Origin: Psammoneis japonica
Taxonomy: Eukaryota
Assembly: GCA_008632985.1 (NCBI GenBank)
Contig: QPGO01000008.1
Span: forward strand, 290,979 to 354,978
Direction: 5' to 3'
DNA: 64,000 nucleotides
Below, in pieces: positions 45,880 to 60,300 of this stretch (positions are counted from its first letter, which is position 1; every line of letters begins with the position of its first letter). The position numbers were made by a program, and so were the translations under genes. The notes under the pieces are model-generated. The model was not told where the DNA came from, did no database searches, and worked only from the letters and a program-made list of their open reading frames with translations.

Positions 45880-48800
45880 TGAAGCAGCATCATTTCCAAA
45901 GCTTCACAAGTGCAATGACAAAGTGAGGCAGTTCAAAGAGAACAACAAGAAAGCTGCCACCTCAGCCAAGATTGCAAATGACCGCTGCACCAAGCAAATG
46001 AAGAAGCATGAAGTGCGGGGCACCCCCCCTTGCATGATGACTGGGGATGATCTGATCAAGCCACTGAAGATGATCCAGTCATTTGCTTTCAACTCAATGA
46101 GAGGTTGACACCCACTTCACACACTTGCCAGCAGGTCCATGCAGAATTTTGCTGGGTGTGAAACAACAAGAGAGCAGGTTGCTGAATGACTGTCTGCCAA
46201 GATTCAAGAGCCAACAAGATGCTGCAAGTGAAGGTCTTGGAAAGGAAATGCCAGATGGACTCATTTCAAAGACCAATGAGTGTGCAAGGATGGCACAGCA
46301 ATGGAGCAGCAAGAGACAAAGCAGGCAGCATTTGAGACATGGACAAAATGCCCATCTCTTTTGAAGAACAGCAACGATGACTTCAAAGAAGAGCTTTGCC
46401 AGAGACTGCAGCCTGGGAAAGGAAGGGCACACATCCAAAGACCATTGAGAAGGCCATTGTGCCACTGAATCACCAGAAAGACAATCTTCCTTGCGAGAGA
46501 CATGACAAGAGGAACAATGGCCATGCAACAAGCAGCATGAGTGTCAATGACATGATGACAAGAGCAAGAGGTCAGATCATGCAAAGGACCACAGTCATGC
46601 CCAGAAAGGCAAGCAGAATGATGCAACAGTGTGCCACTGATTTGTGGCAAACTGAAATCAAAAGTCCCCAAGCTGCAAGCATCAAAACAACACTGCACCC
46701 AACAATTGGTCCAAGAATGTTGGCAAGAAGCTGGGTGCAAGGGGGCAAAGTCATGTGCATGGACAAGATGAGGACACATCTTGTGTTGGTGGACAGCAAT
46801 GATCCCAGTGTTTGTGCCACCAGATGTGATTGGATCAACCAGCTCAAGTCAAAGCAGGAGCACTGCACATGGCACCAACTGCAGCTGGCAAACAAAAAAC
46901 CAGAGATTGGCTTGAACCAAGTCTCAGCAAAGATGTTGATGCAGCTGAGATCATCCTTGATGATGGTTCTGCCCTCCTCAGCATGGCAGCAAACCAGAGA
47001 CCAGTGCACAATGTGCAGCCGGCAAAAGCTGAGATTGACCTGTCCACAAATGCAGGAGTGGATGCCCTGGGTGAGGGCTGCACTTTGCTCAGATGGGAGA
47101 CACACTCCCCTTTGCAAGTGGAGAATGTGGTTTTGATGTCATGGTGATGCACTGTTCATGTCATGAATTTTTTGTGTGTCATTGTGTCACCAAATTTTGC
47201 ACTTGTGCACAAATGCCAATGGCAACAGGAAAAATCCTGAACCACATTTTCCCCCAAATCTTGAGTCGCCTGGAACCAACCACAGCTTGTTGTGACACTT
47301 TTTGACCTTTCTTGCAACCACAAAAAAGCACGTGTCACATCAGATCGACCATGATGATGCCTCACGACTCTTCCCCAACGCCTTCCCAGGACACCATTCC
47401 CACCAACACTGTTGATGACAACACTGATGCAACAGGCAATGTCATTGCTTCTGTTCTGAATTGCCTGACACATGCAAAATAAGATGCCACAAACTGACGC
47501 TGTCATTTTCACTCTCCACTGCCTCCCACAGAAGCTGTCACAAACACCAGTGCCATCCCTGCGTTTCTTTCGACTGGCATGCCCGATGCTGTTGCTCATG
47601 CCCTTGGCACAACAGGTGCTGTTGACACTGTCATTGTCTTGTGCCAATGACATGCACTGTTGATTGCCACAAACTGACACTTTCATTTGCATGCTGCACT
47701 GCCTCCAACAGACAAGAATGTCACAAATGCCAACACCGCACCTGCTTTTGGCTCCACCAGCATGCCTGACACTGTCGCTCCTGCCATTGCTGTTGCAGGC
47801 ACTGTCAACACTGTTGTTGTCTTGTGCTGACAACATCCACAATCAAATGGTGCCAACTGACACTGCTTTCCATTCTCGCTTCTTGCCCTGCAGCCTCCCA
47901 CATGTGCTGTCGCAAACACCACCATGCCGACCTTTTCCCCATCGTCCGCAACCCCTCCCAACGCTGCTGCAACCCGCACGAACGGTTGCACACTTGCTCC
48001 GGCATGCAGTCATCACCCAAATGTGCAGGGTGTGGGTCTGGCATTGGATTTGACCAACTTTTCAGCACTTCATCCCGGTGGCACCGAGTGCATGTCCCGA
48101 GTGGCTGGGCCTGCCATCAAACTGTTTGGGTTCTTGCATCACCGCAACAGTTTGACATGCCGACAAGCCTCCACAAATTCTGGAATCATTGGCATTGGGG
48201 TGACCAACTTCCAAGGGTCAAGAAGTGATTGAAGAGGAGCTGGATGCGTTGCAGGATTGTCTTGGAAGGCTTTGACTCAAAATTGACCAAACGGCTTTTG
48301 GCCACATGGAACATCGAGGCTGTCTCTGAACGATTTGCAAGCTCTTCCCCAAATGGATTGAATCAGTTCCATCAGCTTCCCCCAGAATGAGAGCCGTGGA
48401 CCTCAGAACTTTGTTGAAAGAATTGGTCGATGGCTCTGCCAAAAGTGACCCAGTCAATTCTTCTCAACAAAAAGTCAAGGGGGGGAAAGCACACACACTT
48501 TGGATGCTTGATGGGCGCATCGAATTCATGTTCATTGACGAATCAAAATGGAGTGTGGTTTTCCCAAACAAGGACAATTGCTTTTGCCAGAAAGAAGTGT
48601 TCCACAGTGCAATGATCCAAACTGGCAAAGCAATCAAGGGGGTGGGGGATGGCACACATTTTCATGCTGGGTTGGGTGTCGTGGTTCTAAGCCCATTGGC
48701 ACATTTTATCGAAACGGCACACTGCACTGTCAAGTGTGTGTTTTTTGGCACACGACAGCACTTGCACTGCACAGTGATCTCTCTTTCATTTCTTGAAAAT

Positions 48801-51800
48801 GTCCACAAACAATCCCATGTCCTTCTCATGGGCTTGTGATTTTTGTTGCGTCACTTGGAATTTCAAATTAGAGACAGCAGTCGTGCTCTGTTCCGCAGCC
48901 TCTTTGAGTTTGGGACAGTCTTTTGGAAATGGGGTGGTGCCCTGCTCCACTCCAACTTGGTTTTTGACACTGTCCAAGTCACCGAGCACCCAGAGTTTGA
49001 TGACTTTATTCTCTTTAAGTGCAGAGAAGGCAGTGTTGCACCAAGTGACTTCGTGGCTGGCACCCGGTTGCCCAAAAAACTCAGACTTGTGAACGCCACT
49101 GCACCAGACGCGGGCAGCTGCCTTGTTCTCTGTCATGACAATTTGTTGGATTTTCTTGTTGCATTTTCCCAGACAATTGTGAACAGGAGATCAGCACATG
49201 TCGCCAATGATGACACACACAGATGAAGGAATTGTGGATGGCATTGACCAGCGGTGCAGGTTTGGCATTGACAGAAGCTGTGGCAGGTGGTGGGCGAAAA
49301 TGGAAAACAGTGTCAGTTTGCAGCATTCAATTGTGGATGTTGTTGGCACAAGTTAACAACAGCATCAACAGCACCTGTTGTGCTGAGAGCATGAGCAACA
49401 GCATTGGGCATGCCAGTCAAAAGAAATGTGGGGACGATGTTGGCATTCGTGACAGCATCTGTGGGAGGCGGTTTGGCAGGGAAATGACAGTGTGAGTTGG
49501 TGGCATCTCGTTTTGCATGTGTCAGGCCATTCAAAACAGAAGTGATGATGTCACCTGTTGCACCAGTGTTGTTTGTAACAGCGTCAGCAGGAATGGTGTC
49601 CTGCAAAGGTGTTGGGGAACAGTCATGAGAGACATCATCATGGTTGAGTTGTCAAAACACGTGCTTTTTTCGTGGTGTGGAAATGGCCAAAAAAGTGTCC
49701 CACGCAAGCTGTGGTTGGTTCCAGGTGACTCAAGATTTTGGGGTGACATGGGATGGGAGTTTTCACTTGACGACATGTGCATGTTTGCAAGCACATGAAC
49801 ACATCTGACTCAATGCATGTGATGATGTCATCACACATCACCCACACCCACGTCCCACAGGACCACTTGTGAAGGGGTGGGAGACACAAAGCTTGGATTG
49901 CAGAACACAACAGCAAACATCCTCAGCACAAAGGATGTCAAGAGCAGGCACTTCGTTGCATGTGATGACCAAGTGGTGGACAAGAAGACTGGCAAGCAAG
50001 TTGCAGTGCTGTTCAAAGTTGACAACATTGAGCTGGTGTGTGCCTTTGCACCAAGCCAGAAGTTCTTTGACCATGTGAAAGATCTCCAAGAAAGCAAATT
50101 GCATGTGAGCATCCTGTCAAAAAAGAAAATAGATCAGAGAAGAAGAGCAACAAGCAAGAAGCACAAGAGTGCATCTGGAGCCACAGCTCTGACGGTGGAG
50201 CAGAGCTCCATGACAAGCTGCGCCAACAAGTGAGAGGGAGGTGGCAAATGCTGAGCAAGCACTCAGGCTGTGCCACAAAGCTGGAGCACCAAGTGTGAGA
50301 GATTTCAAGCTGTTTTTGTGATCAAGTTGGCTCTGCAAGCTGTGCCAAGAGGTGGTGAATGCCAAGCGAGCACTCAGGATGTGCCACAAACAGCTGGAAT
50401 TTCCAGTGTGAGAGATTTCAAGCATTTTTGTGATCAAATCAGGTTGAGAACTTGTTCATCGTGCAGGAAGACATGGAATGGTGGACATTTGGGGGCCACC
50501 TGTCACCCTGCCAGAACAAAAGGCCAAATGTTGACATTGATCCCATGAGAGGAACAACATCATTGCCATTCCACCTGAGACACATGAGAAACAAAAAGAA
50601 GGTGTGATCCCCCCTGTGTTGTTGTTGTGGAATTGTGTGGAGTGAAGATTCCACATGCAGCTGGCAAGATGATCAAGTGTCAATCAAGTGTGAGAATGTG
50701 AGTTCAAGAAATGTGCCAATGCATGCAGTGCATTGGACATGATGCTGTGCCAGCACAACATGGCTTCATCCAAGATTGACTTCATTGAGTGTGATCCTGA
50801 GTTCAAGGCTGTGTTGGAGGAAGTTGCTGACAGCATGAACCTGGAGCTGATGTCTGGCACACAAATGCCAGCAACCATGTTCCCAAAGTTGAGCAGAGCA
50901 TTGAGATCATCAAGGAGAAAACTCAAGCCACAGTGCACCACCTTCCACACAAGGCAATGCCCAAGCTGATGTGCAAGCACACTGCAATCAAGAACACTGT
51001 GATGGCAAACATGTGCCCAAAGGAATTTCTGACACACACAGTCCATGCACTGTTGTGCAATGAAGAAACCTTGACTGTGACAAGCACCTCAGTTCATTTG
51101 TCCTGTCCCATGTTGAAAACAACTGGACAAACACCATGGGTGCATGTGGCATTGACAGCATGTGCCTGCAACCACCTTTTGACATTCCCAAGGGTGGGCA
51201 CCACACTGTGAAGAATCTGCACACAGGAAAACTGCTGAACCCCTGCAAGTGCACTGCCACACCCCTGACCAACACATGCACACAAGTGGTCAAGAAGATG
51301 GCCTCATTGCAGGGCATCAAACACTTCAAATTTGCAGACAACCTGTGCAACGCTGATTGGACTGCAGGAGCAGATGACAAGAAAGCAACAACAAGAGCAA
51401 CAATGACAGTCAAGACAACAACAAGAACAAGCACAATGATGCCAACTGTTCAACCAAATCAGAGAACAAAAACTGCAAATGTGAGCCTGACTCAGATGAA
51501 GAACATGAAGAAGCAAACAAAATGCTGGCAGGCAAAAGATCCAGCCCCGATTGATGGCATGATGACTGCAAGACAAAGAACAAAAAAACCATGAACAAGA
51601 CAAAGAGTCAGAAAAAGACAATGAACCCACAAAGGGGAAAAGAGGAGAAGCAAAACTGACAGAAGATGCGCGCAAGATGCCAGTGAGAGTGATGAGGAGT
51701 GGCGCCAAGTTCAGCACACCCCACAACATGATGTCACGCAAACACAGAGAAAAAAGTTTGATTTGCAGGACTGGCAGATGCAGAAGTGGAGCAAGAGCAG

Positions 51801-53530
51801 AGAGCAGAACAAGCTTGAGTGCTGCCATCACTTGAGAAAAATGTCAGCCCCAATCTGGGGAACAACATTGTTGAGTGCAACACAGAAACAGGAACAGCAA
51901 TGTCACATTTTGTGTGTGAGATCAATGGCTGGCTCTAGTCAGAAAAGGGGGTTTTCTTTGCCTGATGGCACCTGCTGCATGAAGGCTCAAAAGCATTTGG
52001 TCAGAGGGGGCATGATGCCTCTGAGAAGGAGACAAAACAACTCCACAACAGAGTGCACTTTGCACCAACATCAATTGAAAATGCAACTCTGGCTGAGAGG
52101 GCCAAGGCTGTGATTGCTTTGATGTTCCTGATGGAGAAGAAAGATGATGGTTGCATGAAAGGGCAAATGGTTTGCAGCAGCAAACCAACCAGAGAATGGT
52201 TGGACAAGGATGAATCAGCCAGCCCAGGTGCATTGTTGTTGGAAGGGACATCAACAACTGCTGTTGTTGACACTGTGGAACAAGAGCACGGTGCAATGAG
52301 TGCAAATGTCTTGAGCATGTTTCCACAGACACAGAGGTGCTGGAGCCCAAGGAAGGCACAGACTGGATCATGATGAAGATCACAGGAGTGTTCATTGACA
52401 TGCCAGCAAGCATTGATCCCAACCTGTGCTGGCCACATGTGGCCATGGAGAAGGGGAAAGAGTTCTCAGTGTCCAAGTCACCAAAGCTGCCCATGGCATG
52501 TTGGTCATGACTCCATTGTGGGGCAAGCAATTTTGCAATGCCTTGGAAAAGATTTGATTTGAGTGAGTTCAACCCATGTGATCTGTTCATCACCAATTGC
52601 AGACAACCTGTTGCTGAGCCTCAAAGAACCCCAAAGCAAACAACATGTTTTTGAGCTGGCCAAACAAGATGCACGGAAACCACGGCAAAGTTGTCACAAC
52701 AAGAGGAAAGAAATGTGGCCACCTTGGCATGATTGTGGACTTTAGCCACAAGGGCAAGGTGAAGGTTGATGTGACCAACTGCACTCACAAGATGATTTGA
52801 TGCCAGCTGGTGAAGAAAAACCATTTGACGCTGGTGGCACCAGACTGCCAGCAGAGCAAGCAAAGATGTGCCCACATGTGTGGGCAGCCAAGGGGTCATT
52901 CCTCTCCAAGAGAGGTTGTGTGGATGTGCACCTGACCATCACAACATTGTGTGTGCAAGTCAGGGAACCAACCAACAAAGATTGGGGAAAGCTGGTCTTT
53001 TGCCTCAAGTGTTTGATCTGGGCACAAAACGAAGTTGCTGCATTGAGTGCAAAGAACCTCCAAATCATCAAGTGGCATGTGGATGCCTCCTTTGTGGTGC
53101 ACAAGGATTTCAACAGCCACACAGGAGGAGTTGTGACCATGGGTGATGGAGCAGTGCAAGCCACATCAAAGCAACAGAAGCTCAACAAATGAGGCAGTGC
53201 TGAAGCTGAGTCAACAGGAGTTGACAATGCAACAACCATGTGATGCTGTGGACAAAGTTGTTCATGGAACATCAAGGCCACCCAATCAACAAAAACATCC
53301 TGTGTCAGGACAACAAGAGCACCACACTGTTGGAAAACAATGGGTGCAAGAGTGCCAGAAACAGGCTCTTGCTGATCAGATCAAGAAGGGCAATCTTAGA
53401 GTGCAGCGTTGTCCAGCCGATGACATGCTTGGAGACTTCATGACTGAGCCATTGCAGGGCAAGAAATTTTGAAAATTCAAACAAGCCATTGTGGGCTGTC
53501 AGGGTCAAGCATGAAAGGAGTGCTTCCTGT
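45880..53530 (+). mobile_element. Decayed Ty1/Copia (CoDi-like) retrotransposon A: gag-protease ~45.9-47.1 kb and integrase-RT-RNaseH ~50.7-53.5 kb, split by nested DNA
   Basis: HPKTIEKAI, IILDDGS...STNAG, ECDPEF, HHLPHKAMPK, LMFLMEKKD, FNPCD, KWHVDASF..H.D..SHTGG, NILCQDNKS, CPADDMLGDFMTEPLQG. That both halves belong to one element is inferred from their collinearity. Confidence 0.85.
47140..49840. mobile_element. Nested element with long (~0.5-0.65 kb) diverged inverted termini containing ~180-bp internal repeats (foldback/Mutator-like)
   Basis: 47200-47700 is the reverse complement of ~49300-49800, e.g. AAATCTTGAGTCRCCTGGAACCAACCACAGCTTG. The unit AACTGACRCT recurs at ~47490, 47670 and 47855. 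Confidence 0.7.
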
Positions 53531-55889
53531 TTGTGATGTCAGACAAGAAATCTGATGCATGCAGGTGAAAGATCCTGCAAAATGGAAGATGTGAAACAAA
53601 CCCTGTGGCTCAGCCAATTGCAGCTTGTTTTCCAAGCAGCCATGATGTTGATGGCCGTGCATGCCGGCATCAGAGGAGATGAACCAGGGCATGTGAACAA
53701 ACACCTGGAACCACATGACTTTGCCGCGAGATGTCAGCTGCAACGTCATTGGAAGAAGCTCAACATGTTTTGACAATTGTCAAACAAAAACAAAAAGAGA
53801 AGAGAACTTCAAGACCCAAACTGCCAAAAGGCAGTGGCAGAGCATGACAAGTGGAGGAAGCAATGCCTGTGAATCCATTTGTCCATCAAGAAGTGGTTGA
53901 CATGGGTCTCTTGACACTTGAGTTCCAGAAACATGGGAAGGTCATCTGGGCTGTTCTCCACAGAATGCAAGAAAAGTGCAAGAAGGAATTTGAGGAAGAC
54001 CGGCACAAGTGGTGGACAGCAAGGCACATCACATTGTGGTGCACATGTTCTGCAGTGCAAGAGTGGGTCTGCAAAGTGCACCAGTGTGTTTCCACTGCTG
54101 CGCCAATGATCTCCCTGTTGGACAAGAGACAAGAACACATGATCACAGCATTTGAGACATGCAGAAGTGCAAGGGAAGCACACAAGACCAAGGAACATTG
54201 GGAGATTGTTGGAAGCCAAGAGCCAGGATTTAAGGATGTGAATGTTGCTGCAGAAAAAGATCCTGTGAAGACTGTCCCAACAAGCACAATGAAGAAAAAC
54301 AACCATGGGGTCAAGTGGCAATGATTTTTGTTTTGCCTCAGACAAGGAGGGCGTCGACCATCTGAGCAAACTGTTGTTGGTGAGCTGCCCCACCTGCGGG
54401 ACATGTGAACCTCTTGTGGAGAAGCACACTGCCAACTTGCCCCAAGAGACAAAAGAGTTTCAGCTTGGATTGGTGCAAGACAATGAGGGCATTGTCTGCG
54501 ACACTTTAAAGTTGGCACAATTTTTCCAACATGGAGTTGTTGAAGCAAAACCCAGACAGGAGCAGGCCTGCCACAATGTGGAATTTTGTGAGCTGTGCTC
54601 ATGGAGGATTGATGAGTGGGTCGTGGATCTGATCAAAAATGTGGGTCCTTGCAGCAAGAATGAAGAAACAGAAAGGACTTGCCACACTTGTGGGAAGCAT
54701 TTTGTGGATCAAACAGAAGGGATCACAAATGCCCTCTTTGATCTGGTTGACTTTGAACATGATGTGGAAGGATGTTTGCTTTGCTTGTGTGAACTGTTGG
54801 ATGGTGGCATCAAGGCAGTTGACATGACTGGCAAGTTTGTGGTGATTGCTCCATGAAGAGAAGTTGAGCCTGACTGCAGCTGGGGAAACAAACATCAAAT
54901 CATCAGCACAAGCAGCAGGAGCATGTTGGATGGTGCAATGAACCTGGATGCACTGAAGAGAAGACATTGTTGCTCCTGATGCAGAGGGTTCAGCAACTTT
55001 TTGCAATTGAAAGTCAATCATTGCCCATCTCTCTTAAATTTCTGCTTTTGTCTCACTCTTTAGAGGGAATCATTTGGCCCATCACAACCACACAACTCTG
55101 TTGCATTGGTGTCACCAGGTGCTTTTTGCACTGCAAGTTCAAAGTTTGAGGCCTGCGCCAACAACTTCTGGGCAACCCACAGCTGCTGCAAGAGCAGCAG
55201 CCAACAAGCAAATGCAACAAGCAGCACAGGAAGCCTCACAAGACTCTGTTTTGGTGATGCCAGCTTGCTGGTTCAACATGTTGATGCCATTTCATTGTTG
55301 AGCACAACCCAAAGGAGCACATGCATGCCATGCTGGCAAGGTTGCTGGCAAGGCAAGAGATTTTGCAAAGGAGAAGTTTGTGTGTTGACAACAATTGCTC
55401 AAAAATTGTGCCATGTTTTGAGCCTGATTTTGGAATTGCTCCCCATTGTCTGTGCCAAGCTGAAGTTTTGTTGTTCCAGTGTTTGTGCTGCAATCAACCC
55501 TTCCCACATCTCATTGAGAGATTCTTGAGAGAGCTGGCACAGTGCCAACAGCTGCTGTGAACAGCAAGATTGACTCATTTGAGGCCCTTCACAATTTTGA
55601 AATGGCTTGCAGCAGACTCAAAAGGGACAAAAGAAAAACAGAGCCAAAAAATGCAATGCTCTGAGAGATGAAAGCTGCAAGTGCTGAAAACAGAGATGTT
55701 GCTGGAAGCTGGCAAAATTGGAGCACACTTCCAGACACTCTTCCCTTCAAGCACAAGCAAAAAGGAGAGAGAGAGAGAGAGAGAGCTCACTGCACACTGG
55801 TTGCAAAACAATGTGCTCCAAAGATGACAAGGCAGAATTGGCTCAAAATTGTGAAATGTTTTTGGAGTGCAAGCATGTGAGGACATGGG

Positions 55890-57293
55890 ATGGGCTGGAA
55901 ACAGCAAGAAAAAACAGGAGATGAAGTGGAAGCAGCCAAGGTTGTTGACATCATTGACCAACTCAAACAAGGCAGGTGCTGCAAAAGGATGCAAAGAGGG
56001 GAAGACTCCAAAGAAGACTGCTGCTTTTTGTTTTGTCTCAAGGAACATCTTGAGACATCTCCAGCATGGGACAAAATCAAACTCGTGGGTGATGCTAAAA
56101 AGTCTTTGACTGAAGACTTTCCCCAACTGTCCCTTGTGGACTTCGAGTCCTTTGCTCTAGAGCGCTGGGCACTTGAAGAACCAGACAAAGTCCGTGAGCT
56201 CTGCAACAACCAGACATCCGAGCACTTTGCTCAACGCGCGTCAAAGCAACTGCTTGTTGCATCATTTGACAAAGAGCCACGTCAGGATGTTGCCCCGGAC
56301 ATGAACAAAGCATGCCACAGTGACGGCTCCACGCACTTCTTCTTGGCTTGCCAGAAGCTCTTTCCGTTGCCTCAGATGCACATCAACAACATCCAGTCTC
56401 AGATGTTGAAGATCTCTCTGGTCAATGACTGCGACAGCAACGTCGACAAACACATGAGCAAGTTCCGCCAGCACTTGCGCCTGCATGCTCAGCGTGACAG
56501 TGCGCTCGAGCATGCCCTCACAGAAAAGGCATTTGAAGAATTCAAGACTGCCCCTTGCAAACCCTTCGCGGACGAGATGGCCAAGCACAAGACAGAATGG
56601 ATGCGCAAGACACAGGTCACGTGGACAATCAAAACCCTGTTTGACGAGGCGATCAGCCTCAAAAATGCTTGTGTGGCCCAGCAGATCTGGGACAAGCCCT
56701 CGGACAACGACACTCAACCAATGGCCCCAATTGTGGGTCAGAAAGAGACAGTCGGATTCGCGCAGCAAATGGCCAAGGTCACGACCGCCTTGCAGAGCAC
56801 CCTGCACCAGCAGACACGATTCGAACGTCACGGCCGTCATGGCAGGCGCGGCAATCCAGGTCGCGGTGGTCGTGGTGGACATCATGGGCGCGATCGCCCT
56901 CGTGCACCTCATCGTGGATCCCCGCCGTTCTTGCATCTCGAACCCAAAAACAAGTCTCAGGAAAAACAATGGGGTGACAAGACCTGGCATTGGTGTGATG
57001 CTTGTAAGATGCATTCTACATGCCACAGCACTGACACTCATGATGAGCACATTGCTGCAAACAGCAACAAGAGCGGTGAGCGCACATCCAACCAGGGCGG
57101 CGGCGCACAGAAAAGGAGCGCCTGCGACCACAAGCGCCAAAAGGCTCAGTCTAAGATTCAGGCTGACATTGACAAGTTGCAGAAACTCACTGCCAACTTT
57201 TCTTTCTCCAAATCTGTTGCTGCTCTTGAGCAACAGAGGGGAGATGGCAATTGGACACTCCTGGTTCGCCACATGCTTGGGATCCGGTTTTAA
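55890..57293 (+). pseudogene. gag: Copia B gag
   Basis: 467-aa ORF with an RGG-rich segment and knuckle-like KTWHWCDACKMHSTCHSTDTH, directly upstream of the protease. Confidence 0.75.
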
Positions 57294-57332
57294 TCAAATG
57301 CTTTCCTGGAACGGTCAAAACAAAAGCAAAGC

Positions 57333-60300
57333 ATGAAACTGGCGCCATCTGTGCTAAAACTGCACCAGCAACGGCATGGTTTAGCAGGAGAGATTGTCGA
57401 CAATGCTTGTGCCTTTGAGACAGCTCTCGAGAACCGCGGACGATTCATCCGTGGTGGCCCCGTGCAAGCGAAACCCCGCTCCACGTCTGCATTTGTTGAC
57501 AAACGTGATGTGCCACAACTGGCCAAAGCACATGAAACTGTTGACTCTGGAACTCCTGAAGAAAACAAGGAGCTGCTGAGCACTTTAGCAGAACATGCTG
57601 CACACCTCACAGATGAGGCACCTGCCCTGACATCGGATGAAATTCACTTGGTGATTGATTCCGGTGCATCTGTCACCATTGCAAACAATGAGAATGATTT
57701 TACAGGGCACACAAGACCAGTTCAGAACTTGAACTTGAAGGGTGTCGCTTCAGGCCTCGCTGTGGAAGGCATTGGCACGGTGAGATGCTCCTTCATGGAC
57801 GACGCCGGTGTCAACTTCACCGTCAACATAGAAAACGTGTCACACGTCCCCACCTGCCCGGTCAGACTGCTTTGCCCACAGCAAGTGGCAGCCACAAGTC
57901 CCAATCAGGATGCTGATGGGTTCTTTACACGTGGCAGTTCTGTGACAATGATTTGTGGGCAGCATCGCAAGACAGTGCGATGTCATCATGAACCAAATCT
58001 TCCGATTCTTGCTGCTGCACCAGGCTTCGGCAACTGCCAAGCATTTTGCTCTGACACAAGAGCTGATGGCACTTTGCCATCATGCACCAATGTCAAAGCA
58101 CACTCGGCTTCGTGTCTGGCTTTTGCTGTCACAACACGAAAGCAAGAGGCGGCGGCCGACACAAAGGTCAGACCGACTCAAGCCAACAAGCAAAATGAAA
58201 CCACAAATGTGAACGGCAAAAAGGCCCGGCCTGCCCAGCCTCAACAAGCCTCACCAGTTCACGAGGGAGGCACAGAAGACAATCTGCTCCCCATTCAACG
58301 CGACATGTTAAAATTGCATCATCGCATGGGCCACGTTGGATTCGAACAAATCCGAGAATGGGCCAAAATCGGCATGGTGCCAAAACGCTTCAAAAAATGC
58401 AAAGCCCCGGTCTGCAAAGCTTGCGCATGTGCCAAAGCAAAGCGCAAAGCTGCGCAATGTGGTCATCGAATTGATGAATGCCACGACGATGCTCCAGGTG
58501 AGGTGCATCGGCGGACCAACTCGACGCGAGTCATCCAGGCCCACTTCCCACTGCTCGTGGCAAACCAACCACTCGCAGGTGCAAACACTGCACCCCATGG
58601 ATTGATCATTTTTCTAGATTTATCTGTCCATGTGTGCAAGAGTCTGCTGGAGGAAAAGAGACTTTGAATGGCAAAACCAAGCTCGAGAGATTCGCAGCCA
58701 AACACAACATCAAAATCAAGCATGTTCATGCCGATGACAGCATGTTCGCTGCTGCAGAGTTCACAGAACACTGCATTGAAAACAAACAACGGAACTCCTG
58801 TTGTGGAGTGGGAGCACACTGGCAAAACGGCATCTCCGAACGGCACACAGGCGTCATCACCTCGATGATGCACACGTGCCTGTTGCACGCTCAGTCCCTG
58901 TGGTCTGATGCAGCAACTACAGAGTTGTGGCCACACGCCATTCAACAAGCTGACAACTTTCACAATGTGTGCATCAGAAAGGGCAAACAGAAAAACCCCT
59001 GGGAACTGTTCACTGACGAGAAACCGCCATTCCAAATGGATGATTTTCGCGTGTGGGGGTGTCCTGTTTACATCGCGGACAAAAGTGTCCAAGACGGGAC
59101 TCACATCGGAAGATGGGCCAAACGGTCACGACAAGGAGTGCATGTGGGACATTCGCTGGACCATGCCAGCAATGTCTGCCTGGCATGGGACCCCACAACC
59201 AAACACGTCTAGCCACAATTTCACGTCACTTTTGACGAAAACTTTACAACAGTGGCGCCCCCCGGAAACACGTCCACCGACGCATTAGAGGCAGCTCTTG
59301 AAAAACCATTCAATGACCACAGCAATGCTTGGACTCACCACGATGAGTGCTTCAATCACAATTGACACCATTTTGAAAAGAATGTCTGGACTGAGGACGA
59401 CTTGCTCCGTGAACACGGCATCAACCCTCAAGCGTGCAAACAGATGCAGAAAAAGAATCACAAATCACGAGGGAGCAAACGCACTCGCAACGGCGAAGAA
59501 AAACCAGATGCTGACGACACATCAGCAGAGATTCTGCCAGCTGCTGGTGCCTCGGACACAACACCGACCCACGCAGCAGCTGCACCAGCAAATGCGACAA
59601 CACCAGCAGAATCAGCACAAGCCCCTGCCTCCGAGGCTGTGCTGCCTGTGGCGGCAGGTTCTACATCGGAGAATGCAGACGGGACCGGCTCATTGTCACA
59701 CCGCCCGCCAGCGGTCGACAATGCAACACCATCACTCATTGACAATGCAACAACCCCCGGCCCAACTGTGGCAGGATCAGAGGATGCTGCAACTTCTTTG
59801 ACAACACAAGAAGCCCTCAATGGCCTCAACATGGAAGCTGACCATGCTCGGCATCAATTTCAAGAATGCAAACGTCGAAAAGGATTAGACGACGAGGCAA
59901 CATGCACCATGGCACCAAACAATTTGAACCCGACAGACTCACCTGACGCAACCGCGTGTGCAACTGTGCCTCCACACCATCAGGAAGCAGCAGCAGAGCT
60001 GTGTGAAGAACCAGCCCATCTGATGGCACTCATGGGTTCCGCAGACAATGACACACTCCTTGACGAAGGAATTTGGAACGAATCCAGCCCACCAGCTTTT
60101 GAAGCAGCGGCGCTCGGAAATGCAGATGATCTGACCCAAGGTCAGATGAAGAAAGCGCCAGACCGTGCCGAATTCGAAAAAGCACAAGTGCCTGAAACAC
60201 AGGGTCTTGTAGACATGGACGCATGGGAACATTTGCCACGTTCCGAAGTTCCAAAAGACCACCGCCTGCTGAACGCGACATGGTCCTATAAAAGAAAAAG

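Noticed and set aside
53560..55560. Possible DNA-transposase relic between the two Copia elements
   Set aside because: Looks like decayed coding sequence, but no diagnostic motif could be identified.
56262..57272. Long antisense or overlapping ORFs in depleted blocks (also 61078-61902, 53886-54602, 2266-2871 and many others)
   Set aside because: Expected by-product of TAA/TAG loss; Tyr-free, Cys/His-rich, with no recognisable domains.
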